Positions 9,101-17,941 of a stretch of 64,000 bases of DNA are shown here, piece after piece (position 1 is the first letter of the stretch; each line of letters starts with the position of its first letter). The DNA is taken from the IMG/VR virus record IMGVR_UViG_3300007351_000277, positions 1 to 64,000 of that record; one strand, 5' to 3'. The DNA comes from a virus. A model generated the notes under the pieces. It searched no databases. It was given only the letters and a program-made list of their open reading frames with translations, and was not told the DNA's origin. The position numbers were made by a program, and so were the translations under genes.

Positions 9101-12100
9101 CGTTATGGCGACACGCAGTTTGACATAACGTTTGAGTCAGATGTCGATAAGGCACTTTACATCGTGCAAGACGCTGGGAAAAGCAAGTCGGATGCTAAGT
9201 ACATGACGTATTTGCGTGAGCGATTTTCCGGCCTTGACGATACTGCGATTCGGGACATGGGACGTACTCTTCGGGATAGCGTGATCAAGCCAATTGCGCA
9301 AGAGGCGCGCAAGACGGATGTGTCCGAACTGACGGTGCCACGCACCTATGCTGCTGAGCCTGTCTCGCCACCTATCATCGAGCCTGCCCCGACCTTGCCC
9401 TCGGTAGAAGAGGCAATGCCAGAGACGGTGACCGAGCCCGTGCCAACAGAAGTGACGCAGCCTGTACCTGAACTACCACAAGAACCAACGCCAGAGGAAC
9501 GCAAGGCGGCAAGGGATGCCCTGTTTGAGGAAGATACTGCTGCAGCTGGTAAGCCAGACGCACCGGCGGATTACTATGCTAAGGCGCTGGATTGGGCCAA
9601 GGCCGATGAGGACGCAACACCATTCCTGCCTAGACTGGTTAGTGCCTATCCCAACCTGAGCGATAAGCAGGTAGCGGATATCGTTAGAGAGAAGCAGGTC
9701 ATTAACAACGTGCCAGCGATGGACGTTACGCAGAAAGCGGGACGTGGGCGAAGGATCACGCAGACGCCAGCAAAGATCAACGACCCCCAGCCAGTGTTGA
9801 CCAAGGTGGACATTGACAATGCGCAGGAGACGGTAGACAATGCAGCCCCCTTTGGTAATCGGACCCATATTACGGCAGGGCTGGACGCTACCCTGATAGC
9901 GCCTAGCAAGCCATTGCTTACCAGGGTACGGGACTTCTTCTGGAACCTGAATGAAAAGTTCTTCTGGCAGGACACGTGGCTGAGCGAGCTTGAGAAAAAG
10001 GGAAAGCGAAGCCAGAAGGACCTTGCCCTTATCAATCTGGACCTTATTCCCCAGTCTGCTCTCGATATGGCTGCGGATATGGCATCGAAAGGCGTGGTGG
10101 ACGCTGGAAAGATCGCCAAGGCGTTTCCTCAACTGATTCCCCAGCAGGTCGATGCGCTGGTACAGCACTTCACAGTGAAATTGCCAGCAGAAGCGGTTGC
10201 CCGACGGACCGTGCAGCGTGGTGCAGCCAACGCTGCTGAGCGCTATCTGTCCAAGGTTGGTGGCTATATCGAACTGCTGAAAAACATACCGACGGATATT
10301 CGGGACGCACTGGATGTGTACCTGATCGCAATGGACCAAGTGGACAAGGCTGCCATCAAAAACAATCCCGACCGAAACTGGTCCTGGGGTACGGACCCCG
10401 CGCTTATCGAAAAGACCATCGACGAGCTCATCATGGGCGTGCCCGAAAGAACCGCGCAGACGATCCTGGCTCAATTGGAACCGATCCTGGGAAGTGATAT
10501 CTTTCGCCAGATGGACCAACGGGCGCTGATTGCCAAAGTAGGAAAGCCTCTTGGTGCTGACGGACTGGCAGAGGTCAAGAGGCTGGCAAACCAGCTATAC
10601 CGAATGAAGAACGAAATGCTGGAACTGAAGTACGAGACTGGTCTTATTACCAAAGAGCAGTACGATTTCTTCCATGACAACTTCCCTCACTATTCACCCA
10701 TACGGATTACCAACTACCTCAAGCAAGCGTCTGAGGGGAATCCCAAGGGGGTTACGGTTAAGAGCAATCTGATCCAGCATCTGACCGACGAGGGTACGCA
10801 GAAATCCCAAATGAGTGCGCTACAGGCATATTCCGAGATGGTACACCAGACCTTTAGTCTGGTGATGAGAAACCGAACGGCACGTGAGATAGCACGGCTG
10901 CGCTTTATGCCTGGTACGGAAGCGATAGTCAAGGAAGTTCCCATCGAGTATCAAGTGCAGGAAGGTACCAAAGAAGCCGAGTTCTACGTATTCGAGAATG
11001 GCATACGCAAGAAGATGCTGGTAATACCCGAGTGGGCCAAGGCTATTCGGATGGACGACTATGTCTTGTCGGGCGGGATGGCTACATTGGCGAAGTGGCT
11101 TGTTAGTCCCCTCAAGTGGGGCGCTACCGGTGCCAACGTGTTGTTTCTGCAGCGCAACATGATTGGCGACATGCTGACCGGATTTGTGCGTGAGGGGGTC
11201 ACGCCACGCCAGTACATGCAGGCAGTTCGGGATGTGTTTGGTAAGCAGGTGTACCTGACACAATTCGAGTTGGGCGGTGGTGGCCTTGGTGGGCATGGCT
11301 ACCACAAGTTTGACAGTATCCCTGACGAAGCCAGGGCGTTCAAGCAGTCAGTTACCAGGCTCAGTACCAAGGAAGCTCTAGCCAAGTTCATACAGGATAT
11401 GGTGACGCTCAAGCCGGTGCAGGATATAGGGCACAAGGTCGAGATGCTAACCAGAGTAGCAACGTTCATGAAGCGCTTGACCCCCGAGCAGCGAGCAGCT
11501 ATCGAGAATGGTACCATGAAAATACTGGACATTCCGGTCGAGGCTGTGGTGGCGGGCAAACGGGTGACGATGGACTTCCAGCGTGGGGGTACGGGAGCTT
11601 TGGTTCTCAACCGTTTCATACCATACTTCAACGTAGCATTTCAGGCACCGGTGCAGATCGTTCGCACCTTTACCGAGCAATCAGGACCAGTAGGCGCAAC
11701 GCTTCGGTTGGCAGCAATCGTCGGATTACCGGTTCTGCTGGCTGAGATATGGAACAGTATGTTCGATGAGTACGAGGACGTGCCTCAGTACGTGAAGAAC
11801 CGGTCTGCCATCATCATGATGCCTTCACCGGGGAAGGACCGTTTTGGTAAGGCTGTACCGGCCTACGTCGAGATACCGTTGCGTGAGTGGGCACCAGTGG
11901 GGATGACGATTCGAGAGTCTCTACGGTCCATACGTAAAGAAAACCCGGAAATGTGGCGTGATATGGTGGCGCAGACTCTGCGTGACCAACTGGGCGACGA
12001 GCGGTTTGCGCCAGTGGATAGGCTGGCCGAGGGCTGGCGCAACATGATTCCACCGGACCGAACCGAAACAGCCCTGAATGCTATCAGCGCCATCAATCCT

Positions 12101-14449
12101 GTTCAAGGTAGCTCGCTGGATAGTGCCATTATTGGTATCCTGCCGCCTATCTTGGGAACGTATTTTGAGATTCTTCTGAATAGGGACCTGTATCGTAACC
12201 GAGAGATCGTGCCGGATGATCGGAAGTATCTGCCACGTCCCGAGCAGTACACGCAGTGGACAGGTGAGTTTGCGATCCTGATGGGCAAGCAACTCAATAT
12301 GTCGCCAGCGCAGATTGAGCATCTTGTGATGGGCAACCTCGCTGGTGTGGGCAAGCAGATACTGGCTGGGGCTAACCTGGCAACACAACAACTTGTGCCT
12401 GTCAACAAGGGAACGGTGCAACCACGTGCTGGGGATTCTATATTTGCCTACTGGGTGCCAAAGGACGGGGACCCTGAATACTACACAAAGGACAAGGTTC
12501 CCGAAATAAGAATTAAGGCTGAGGCTGGTGAGGGTGCCTTGTACGTCGTATCGGCCAAGGACCGAGACGAAGCTGTATCCAAGGTCTACTCTAAGGACTT
12601 CCTGCATACCTACGGGGTAGAGACGCCTATCACGACCTTCCCGATAGTCGGTGGTATGGTAGGGGTGTTGTACCGAACCGGTGGGGGTGAGATTGACCGA
12701 CGTGCAAAAGAGGCAGTAGATCAAGAGATGGGTGAGGGTACGGTTGCGGAAACCCGACGTGGATGGGAATCTGCACGTCCCAAGCTGGATGAACTGAAAG
12801 CTGAGCAGATCAAGCTGGACGATAAGCTGTCAGCAGCGCTTATTAGCGTAGATGAATGGAAGCAGGAACGTCGTTTTCTGCAGACAAAGAGGGCTGCAAC
12901 TCTTGAAGCCATACAAGCAGTGCTGAGAAGGGCTGCGCTAACGGGTGATAAGGCTGCAATGTACAAGGAACTGCACGCCACCGTTGGTCGGGCGATTCCC
13001 GATAGGCGAGATCGAATCGAGGCGATGACGGCACTCTACATGGCGATAGAGCCAGGGGTACGTGATGACAATGAGCCGGACCTGGATGCTTTCTATGTTG
13101 CACGCAACGAGTTTCTGACGTCACTACCTGCTGCTGATCAGGAACTGGTCAAGGCGCAGTTGCGCAAGAATGCGACCCCTACTGAGTTGCGCTACTACGA
13201 GGCGCAGGACCTGTACCGACAGTATCTGCAGATACCACGTTACAAAGGGGTGGCTAGTGCCGAGAAAGCAGACGCTATGTACCAAGCACGTCGTAGGCTT
13301 GAGGAAATCGAGAACACCCTTCCGACCAATACCCCTAATCGTCGCTTGGTGGCACTGGACGCCTTGTCCAAAGTAGACGCCAGTGTTGCGTCGTTGGCCC
13401 GTGACGCATTCTTGCAGCAGGACAACTTGGATCGACGGAAGTTCTGGGATGATCATCCCTTGATGACCGAGTGGTTTGGGAAGGGCGTAACCGATAAGCC
13501 TGGACTCGCTACTGTATCGGTAGCTACCACGCTAGCGGGTCTACCCAAAGATACAGGGATCGTGCAGGCCAACGTCTACAATCAGTACCGGAACGAACTA
13601 GCTCGCCAAGAGAACGAATACTATGGGGGTGGCAGCGAGCAGGTACAGCAGCTAGTAACTGACTATGGTGCCCTGAGTACCGAACAACGAACGGCGTATC
13701 GGAAGGCGAATCCCGAAGAATACAAACTGGTTCAGTCAGAGTACGATAGGCGAGCCAAGTTGCTGGAACGTCCTGAGTTTGCTCTGTATGCTCGCTTTAT
13801 TCAGTTCCGTGACAGCATGGGGGATTACGATACCCGTAAGTTGGTGGAAAAGTTTGGAAGCAAGGATGCCAAAGAGATATTCCTGAGTGCGCTGATATCG
13901 GGTGACATTAAGCCAACGTGGGCTACGGGTACTGTGGCCTCGACGGAAGGTGCAGCAAAGCCTGCTACCACGACGACCACACGTACCACAACGACGACAG
14001 CAAAGGCTACCACTGCGTCGACGACAAAGACGACGACAACAGCGCCCAAGGTAGCCACAGCCAAGGCACCACTTACGCGTGCCGATCTGGTGGGTCAACG
14101 TACAGGGACGACTCGGCGTGACATATTCTTCACGTCGGATGGTAAGTTACGTCGGGACGTGGTGGTACGACCCGGTCTTCTGCCCGTGGCGCCACCAAAA
14201 CCAGGACGGTTTATAGCACCTGTACGAGAAGGCGCACCCTTCGACGAGACGCCGTATACCGGACCGGATAAGGAATGGGCCAAGGATTTTGAAAAGATAC
14301 ATGGTCGTCGTCCGACCTGGCTTGATTACGAGGATAGGCTTTGGTCGCTTGACTTCCTAGCTAAAAACAAAAGGCCACCCACTGACGCAGAATGGCGCGA
14401 GCAATACGGACTAAAATATCAACAGATACCGGTTAGGCTAAATGTCTGA
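6200..14449 (+). CDS. giant 2749-aa virion-associated (internal/ejection or polyvalent-type) protein
   Basis: Uninterrupted 8.25 kb ORF between portal and scaffold. It has an N-terminal acidic/Pro-rich region, a hydrophobic Ala/Gly-rich membrane-like block (SLAFAAPLMAASTVAALTAPLWVPAGLPAGGAAAVSVLGAVVAP) and several PE/PT-rich linkers. Near the C terminus there is a Thr-rich tract and then a ~60-aa module shared with the next gene. No catalytic motif recognised. Confidence 0.75.
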   Translation: MDIFDILESWGESFNRALDWGEDDPRLHDIPTYTPRDMGYDGTPETDLNTVSTQDLYPRDFTPFSDFLSQLAPEPEPLPELEPEWVPPQEAAPEPVPEIKIPDYRPFSQEPTDLGEKLYRSIMSGFGDFLATSASASDLFRKVVPLPEAPQKQLANAVLERLGFAPLVSQESVDIDVAEKTQELGETLREENYVEPTEWTGWESLADPEFLATTGARSLAFAAPLMAASTVAALTAPLWVPAGLPAGGAAAVSVLGAVVAPRVFESLLEAGGTYEESLARGMSDDEAVEAGKKTFIANMPLSAPDALQMLLTFPGLFKAVPLQARKAVVTNLMGQFGQKGVGAAKLLGVAGSEALEEVAQEAIGKWSLGDPVQWDKEMEQAAGIGALLGGGMYGGGTAAQRLVSQGAPPVGLSIEDVTRVDPSEAQRQWKSWRAMMERENKEFDVWSFGGEAPKRYRPQETAQLTQEQHERARDTWRNALMSDLLGGKTVPESTKAEYMKARQKLEFEGRSGKPDKSMREDWGDQYDEMVDRAKEYGLPVRGKAARAEEVASPVTTVEAPASSPVPDVAAGQMPRSPDLAAMEAETVAKQPWEMTRDEWGLKTNTRKVRFQKASTKDDVVEVSPWLALSNLRVGESFTIGRDKSFTVKSITDKTLTLVDDKGKQLRLDGLPGSPRVNSFLRDVEDELSMARTTQSYESIFRLNTKPTPKHPLLVALERDPVIQHRALVVQAIREGKPVPPEVLADYPDLAAQYGKAETVTPTEPVAPQPEPTVTPAVETQAAELLDVTPEVAAGEEVEATGAAPLAHKYWPVWEPVPGRKPWRIRDMETGENIRNKSGNVLAFESDEKASEHRDKIEATWRKQQGIDIPTNEPLPEYAEWQKMQQAAGEPVPTGTAPEVTSAIPEGGQPTSVQLAAASEARPAPDLTPEPITRQEPVGTIDSGQATTRPMAEDVSLPVDLQGAKPTYRYGDTQFDITFESDVDKALYIVQDAGKSKSDAKYMTYLRERFSGLDDTAIRDMGRTLRDSVIKPIAQEARKTDVSELTVPRTYAAEPVSPPIIEPAPTLPSVEEAMPETVTEPVPTEVTQPVPELPQEPTPEERKAARDALFEEDTAAAGKPDAPADYYAKALDWAKADEDATPFLPRLVSAYPNLSDKQVADIVREKQVINNVPAMDVTQKAGRGRRITQTPAKINDPQPVLTKVDIDNAQETVDNAAPFGNRTHITAGLDATLIAPSKPLLTRVRDFFWNLNEKFFWQDTWLSELEKKGKRSQKDLALINLDLIPQSALDMAADMASKGVVDAGKIAKAFPQLIPQQVDALVQHFTVKLPAEAVARRTVQRGAANAAERYLSKVGGYIELLKNIPTDIRDALDVYLIAMDQVDKAAIKNNPDRNWSWGTDPALIEKTIDELIMGVPERTAQTILAQLEPILGSDIFRQMDQRALIAKVGKPLGADGLAEVKRLANQLYRMKNEMLELKYETGLITKEQYDFFHDNFPHYSPIRITNYLKQASEGNPKGVTVKSNLIQHLTDEGTQKSQMSALQAYSEMVHQTFSLVMRNRTAREIARLRFMPGTEAIVKEVPIEYQVQEGTKEAEFYVFENGIRKKMLVIPEWAKAIRMDDYVLSGGMATLAKWLVSPLKWGATGANVLFLQRNMIGDMLTGFVREGVTPRQYMQAVRDVFGKQVYLTQFELGGGGLGGHGYHKFDSIPDEARAFKQSVTRLSTKEALAKFIQDMVTLKPVQDIGHKVEMLTRVATFMKRLTPEQRAAIENGTMKILDIPVEAVVAGKRVTMDFQRGGTGALVLNRFIPYFNVAFQAPVQIVRTFTEQSGPVGATLRLAAIVGLPVLLAEIWNSMFDEYEDVPQYVKNRSAIIMMPSPGKDRFGKAVPAYVEIPLREWAPVGMTIRESLRSIRKENPEMWRDMVAQTLRDQLGDERFAPVDRLAEGWRNMIPPDRTETALNAISAINPVQGSSLDSAIIGILPPILGTYFEILLNRDLYRNREIVPDDRKYLPRPEQYTQWTGEFAILMGKQLNMSPAQIEHLVMGNLAGVGKQILAGANLATQQLVPVNKGTVQPRAGDSIFAYWVPKDGDPEYYTKDKVPEIRIKAEAGEGALYVVSAKDRDEAVSKVYSKDFLHTYGVETPITTFPIVGGMVGVLYRTGGGEIDRRAKEAVDQEMGEGTVAETRRGWESARPKLDELKAEQIKLDDKLSAALISVDEWKQERRFLQTKRAATLEAIQAVLRRAALTGDKAAMYKELHATVGRAIPDRRDRIEAMTALYMAIEPGVRDDNEPDLDAFYVARNEFLTSLPAADQELVKAQLRKNATPTELRYYEAQDLYRQYLQIPRYKGVASAEKADAMYQARRRLEEIENTLPTNTPNRRLVALDALSKVDASVASLARDAFLQQDNLDRRKFWDDHPLMTEWFGKGVTDKPGLATVSVATTLAGLPKDTGIVQANVYNQYRNELARQENEYYGGGSEQVQQLVTDYGALSTEQRTAYRKANPEEYKLVQSEYDRRAKLLERPEFALYARFIQFRDSMGDYDTRKLVEKFGSKDAKEIFLSALISGDIKPTWATGTVASTEGAAKPATTTTTRTTTTTAKATTASTTKTTTTAPKVATAKAPLTRADLVGQRTGTTRRDIFFTSDGKLRRDVVVRPGLLPVAPPKPGRFIAPVREGAPFDETPYTGPDKEWAKDFEKIHGRRPTWLDYEDRLWSLDFLAKNKRPPTDAEWREQYGLKYQQIPVRLNV

Positions 14450-14462
14450 GAGGGGGTAGGGA

Positions 14463-15716
14463 ATGGCAACTTGGGAAGAACTGATTGAGCAGTTGAAAAC
14501 TGCTGTTGGCAATAATCCTGAAACTATACAGCAGCTTATTGCTGGGCTTACGACCAACACAGAACCTGCGGAAGATGCAACGGGCGACATGCCTGAAGAG
14601 CCTGCTGGTGGCAGTCGCATAGCGGGCGGGACGCGGTGGCATGGCTCGACTTACCCCTATGTGCGCTCTCAGGAACGTGAGCAGGACCTGTACGAGTATG
14701 ATGGTCCCGACAAGCGATGGGCTGCTGCCTTTGCCTCGCAGCATGGGGGTGAAGGGCCAACGTGGGAAGACTATTATGACAAGTTATGGTCCGAGCAGTT
14801 TGCCAGGATAAACGGTAGGCCACCAGAGATGAACGACTGGCGAGTTCACTACTACGTCAAATACATGGGTAACGAGCCAGAGCAAGCAGAGGCCAGGGTA
14901 CGGTACGAGACTGGTAACCAGGGATTCAATCGTGCTACTGACTATTCCTACAAAGACACCTTTGGACCGGATAGCATAAAGGTGGGTAGTACAGGTGGCG
15001 CAACTACACCGAAAGCAACTACCCCGACTAAGGCAGCTACTACAGGTACATCTACGGGTGGCGCTGGTGGCGCTGGAACCCCCAGTTCACCAAGTGGGGC
15101 TTCTTATCCCAATCGTAAGCTAGAGGACGCTCTCTACAATATACCTATGTATCCTCCAACATCGCCTGCAGCGAGGCCACAATATTATGTAGACACCTTT
15201 CGTGACCAGTGGAACAAAGCTGCTGATGCGCCCGCGTCTTTGTTGCGGCGCGCGAATGCGCAGGCGGAGCGGGAAGTGGAAGAGTATTTGCGTAATTTGC
15301 CCATGTCCCCTGATGTGCAGAACATGTTGACAGAGATGCGCCAAATGTCTGGGCAAGATTACCTTGATCGTCTTGGACAATTTGTCCCACTAGGTATAGG
15401 ACAACCTGTACCTGAGTTTAATTTCACTGATGCTGGGCCAGGAATAAACCGAGTCCAAATTGGTGGTACAGCACGAACGCCAGAATCATGGGAATTGGTG
15501 GGGGATTTGCTTGGTCAGTATGCAGGGGGAATGCCCGAGTTTGGTTTTGCTGATGCTGGGCCAGGTCCCAATCGATACACTATAGGTGGTACAGCCCAAG
15601 CACCTGAGTCGCTGGATGTATTGGCTGATGCACTGGTACAGGCACCCTTTATGGACTACTTGGCAGATCTGATGCCACAGGTACGGCAAAGGCGATATTA
15701 TGCAGGGGGACGGTAA
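14463..15716 (+). CDS. hypothetical virion-module protein sharing a ~60-aa module with the giant protein
   Basis: 417 aa. The segment YEYDGPDKRWAAAFASQHGGEGPTWEDYYDKLWSEQFARINGRPPEMNDWRVHYYVKY aligns with the giant protein C terminus. It has a Thr/Gly/Ser-rich linker and an internal ~35-aa duplication. Confidence 0.7.
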   Translation: MATWEELIEQLKTAVGNNPETIQQLIAGLTTNTEPAEDATGDMPEEPAGGSRIAGGTRWHGSTYPYVRSQEREQDLYEYDGPDKRWAAAFASQHGGEGPTWEDYYDKLWSEQFARINGRPPEMNDWRVHYYVKYMGNEPEQAEARVRYETGNQGFNRATDYSYKDTFGPDSIKVGSTGGATTPKATTPTKAATTGTSTGGAGGAGTPSSPSGASYPNRKLEDALYNIPMYPPTSPAARPQYYVDTFRDQWNKAADAPASLLRRANAQAEREVEEYLRNLPMSPDVQNMLTEMRQMSGQDYLDRLGQFVPLGIGQPVPEFNFTDAGPGINRVQIGGTARTPESWELVGDLLGQYAGGMPEFGFADAGPGPNRYTIGGTAQAPESLDVLADALVQAPFMDYLADLMPQVRQRRYYAGGR

Positions 15717-15719
15717 ATT

Positions 15720-16088
15720 ATGCAAGATAATCCGATGGCATTCACAGAGTACCTAGCGGAAAGGCAGGGGGCACCAATGGGACCGGACCCCATGATGGCA
15801 GGGGGGATGGGACCACCGATGGGTGGCGCTGGACCCATGGGCGACCCCGCGATGATCGAGGCACTGCGCCCTGGCCTTGAGGTGGTACGAAGAATCATCG
15901 ACATGCTGATTGGACCTGGTGCGGGCGCACCCCCTGGCCCCCCGATGGGCCCCCCAATGGGACCAGTACCAGAAATGCCAGCGCCCCCACCGGATGCAAT
16001 GGGTGGCATGAGCGCAATGGGGATGCCTGCCCCCGTACCCGAGATGCCCCCGGCCAGACTACCCAGGCGATATCTCCCAAAAGTGTGA
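15720..16088 (+). CDS. Met/Gly/Pro-rich low-complexity protein
   Basis: 122 aa, for example MGPDPMMAGGMGPPMGGAGPMGDPAM ... PPGPPMGPPMGPVPEMPAPPPDAMGGMSAMGMPAPVPEMPP. Confidence 0.55.
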   Translation: MQDNPMAFTEYLAERQGAPMGPDPMMAGGMGPPMGGAGPMGDPAMIEALRPGLEVVRRIIDMLIGPGAGAPPGPPMGPPMGPVPEMPAPPPDAMGGMSAMGMPAPVPEMPPARLPRRYLPKV

Positions 16089-16152
16089 AGCCAGTAGGCT
16101 ACTGACAACTACACATCTGTGGGGCTACTGGCTATACTGGAAATGAGGGTGT

Positions 16153-16425
16153 ATGGCGACGATCAAGGGTATACCAGGCGCAGCACAACAAGCACTGAAT
16201 AGTGGGCTGATAGGCGATGAGGCACTGGCAGCAGCCATTCTGATTCAGGCGGTGCGTGACTGGGACTGGAAGTTCTTTGAAACCGATTGGGCAATACAGT
16301 TAATCGAACTTATGGGGGTCAACCCGATACGCTTCGATGAACTGTTAGCGCTATATCGGGCAAGAAAAAGTCGTGGTTACCTGAGTTCCGGTACTGACCC
16401 TCGGTTAGTTGGTAGGGTGTGCTGA
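16153..16425 (+). CDS. hypothetical protein
   Basis: 90-aa ORF with RBS GAGGGTGTATG. Confidence 0.5.
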   Translation: MATIKGIPGAAQQALNSGLIGDEALAAAILIQAVRDWDWKFFETDWAIQLIELMGVNPIRFDELLALYRARKSRGYLSSGTDPRLVGRVC

Positions 16426-16520
16426 TGCAGGACGACGAACTGCGTGAGTTTCTGCTGGTGTTGCGCAGGGCACTACTGATGATCGTGTCCTACATAGAGA
16501 AGCGCTATGGCGTGAACTAA
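16425..16520 (+). CDS. small hypothetical protein (31 aa)
   Basis: Hand-translated MQDDELREFLLVLRRALLMIVSYIEKRYGVN*. Its ATG overlaps the preceding TGA (TGATG coupling). Too short for the ORF track. Confidence 0.3.
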   Translation: MQDDELREFLLVLRRALLMIVSYIEKRYGVN

Positions 16521-16552
16521 CCTAAGAGTTAGCCTGCACTCGAAAGAGTCCC

Positions 16553-16601
16553 GGCCCGCATGTCTGGCCCATTGGCCCAGACGGACGGGCCTTTCTTTTT
16601 G
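16553..16601 (+). terminator. rho-independent terminator-like hairpin plus T-run
   Basis: GGCCCG...GTCTGGCC-CATT-GGCCCAGAC...CGGGCC followed by TTTCTTTTTG. Lies between the 16425..16520 ORF and the scaffold gene. Confidence 0.6.
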
Positions 16602-16661
16602 TGTCACTGGGGCAGAAGCCCCTGGACATACATATACCCGGTGAAAGGGGGAACGGAATAC

Positions 16662-17471
16662 GTGGGTTCCGAGGAACGAATCGCTGCAAACCCTGATGGT
16701 CAGACCGCTGCATCTGCAGGGGTATCTGCGCCAATGACCGGAGCCGCTGTACCAGGGGTGGCCGGGGGTGAGGCAGGGACACCACCACAGGAAGCGCCAC
16801 GCCCGCAGGGTGTTTCCGAAGAGGACTTCAAACGATACCAGCGTAGCATGAACCAACAGGTCGACATGCTGCGCAATCAAGCTCAGTCTGCCGCGCAGTT
16901 GTCCCAACAGCAGGCAGAAATTCTGAATACTTTGCAGCAGGAACTGAATGCAAAGGAACAGGAAATCTTCAAGCTGAAAACACAGGACCTACCAGACGAC
17001 CAGCAGGAACGAGAATCCCTGAAAAGGGATAGGGAAATGTTGGCACGTCGAGTAGCTCAGGCGGAACAGGCACTGAAGCAAAGCCATGCTGCGTTATCTC
17101 AGGCAAACATGGTCGTCCAAGAACGAGAGGCAAGAACGAAGGTGATCGATCTTCTTATGGAGGGTGACTCTAGTGTAGGGCTCGACGGATACCGTCAATA
17201 TGGCCTTACGATGGCAGACCTCGAGCAGTGCAAAACCCCTCAAGAAATGGAAGCTAAAGCGAGGGCTAAGCACAAGGAATGGTATCAGAAGCAAAAGGTA
17301 GACTTGGAGAAGAGTCGGGCAGAGATAGCAGCACAGAAGCGTATCGAAACCGGCTCTACGAAAGTGGACAAGGGCGAGCCAACCGGCGGTGGTTCGGGGA
17401 TTCCCAAAGCAGGGACGCCTGAGTTCAAAGCCTTTTCACAGGAAGTCATGGCGGGACGTCGTCGCCTCTAA
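16662..17471 (+). CDS. scaffolding-like coiled-coil protein
   Basis: Track ORF is 16560..17471. I moved the start to in-frame GTG 16662 after RBS GAAAGGGGGAA, because the upstream part covers the terminator. The protein is Gln/Glu/Lys-rich with heptad character (QQQAEILNTLQQELNAKEQEIFKLK) and sits directly upstream of the capsid gene. Confidence 0.6.
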   Translation: MGSEERIAANPDGQTAASAGVSAPMTGAAVPGVAGGEAGTPPQEAPRPQGVSEEDFKRYQRSMNQQVDMLRNQAQSAAQLSQQQAEILNTLQQELNAKEQEIFKLKTQDLPDDQQERESLKRDREMLARRVAQAEQALKQSHAALSQANMVVQEREARTKVIDLLMEGDSSVGLDGYRQYGLTMADLEQCKTPQEMEAKARAKHKEWYQKQKVDLEKSRAEIAAQKRIETGSTKVDKGEPTGGGSGIPKAGTPEFKAFSQEVMAGRRRL

Positions 17472-17535
17472 CGTCCCTAGCATAGCCTAGGGAGGCTCGC
17501 CGGGTCATTAACTCACAAGTAAGGAGGTGAGAACG

Positions 17536-17883
17536 ATGACTCTGCAGTCCTATGATGCTTTAACATCTGAACAGCGTGTTTACTACGATAGCCTGCTGCT
17601 GGACCGGGCAATCCCCAAACTGGCATTCGCCAACTATGGGGTGAAGCGTCCTATTCCCGCTAACATGGGTGATAGGATCAACTTCCGAAGGGTAGAGCTT
17701 ATCAGCGCTGCCCCCTCGTCCATCACGGCGTTGACCGAGGGCACAGCGGGCGCAAAGGCTACACCGTCTATCAGCAATCTGACCGCCACTGTTTCACAGT
17801 ACGGTCGGTGGATTGAAATAACGGACAAGCTAGAGGATCAGGCTATCGACCAGGTGCTTAGCGAGTACACAGCGATGTTGGGT
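17536..17883 (+). CDS. major capsid protein, exon 1 (116 codons)
   Basis: RBS AAGGAGGTG then ATG 17536. MTLQSYDALTSEQRVYYDSLLLDRAIPKLAFANYG...INFRRVELISAAP...VSQYGRWIEITDKLEDQAIDQVLSEYTAMLG has an HK97-fold capsid N-terminal pattern. The frame hits a stop 8 codons after GGT 17881-17883. Confidence 0.85.
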
Positions 17884-17941
17884 AGTTCCAGAAGTTTGCC
17901 CAACTAAAATCTCTTCTAGATAACGGGAACGGCTGAGATGC

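Noticed and set aside
9473-10519. 348-aa - strand ORF and many other long - strand ORFs inside 6200..14449 (for example 6775..7440, 7594..8229, 11921..12724)
   Set aside because: They are antisense shadows within a long GC-biased + strand gene. The products are low-complexity (R/S/P/L-rich) and there is no RBS context.
13955-14070. Thr-rich region as a DNA-level tandem repeat or VNTR
   Set aside because: The nucleotide sequence is a mix of ACG/ACC/ACA codons without an exact repeating unit. It is protein-level low complexity, not a DNA tandem repeat.
6200-14449. Giant ORF as a virion RNA polymerase (N4/crAss-like) or a tape-measure protein
   Set aside because: I could find no polymerase motifs A/B/C or a tape-measure context, and no tail tube or assembly chaperone genes are nearby. 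The question is left open as an unknown virion protein.
17884-17907. C-terminal residues SSRSLPN of track ORF 17527..17907, and the tail KVIVVILVAQLKPVKF... of track ORF 19424..20095 (19949-20095)
   Set aside because: These are read-through into intron RNA (P1/P2 and core sequence), not protein. The capsid sequence continues in phase after the introns.
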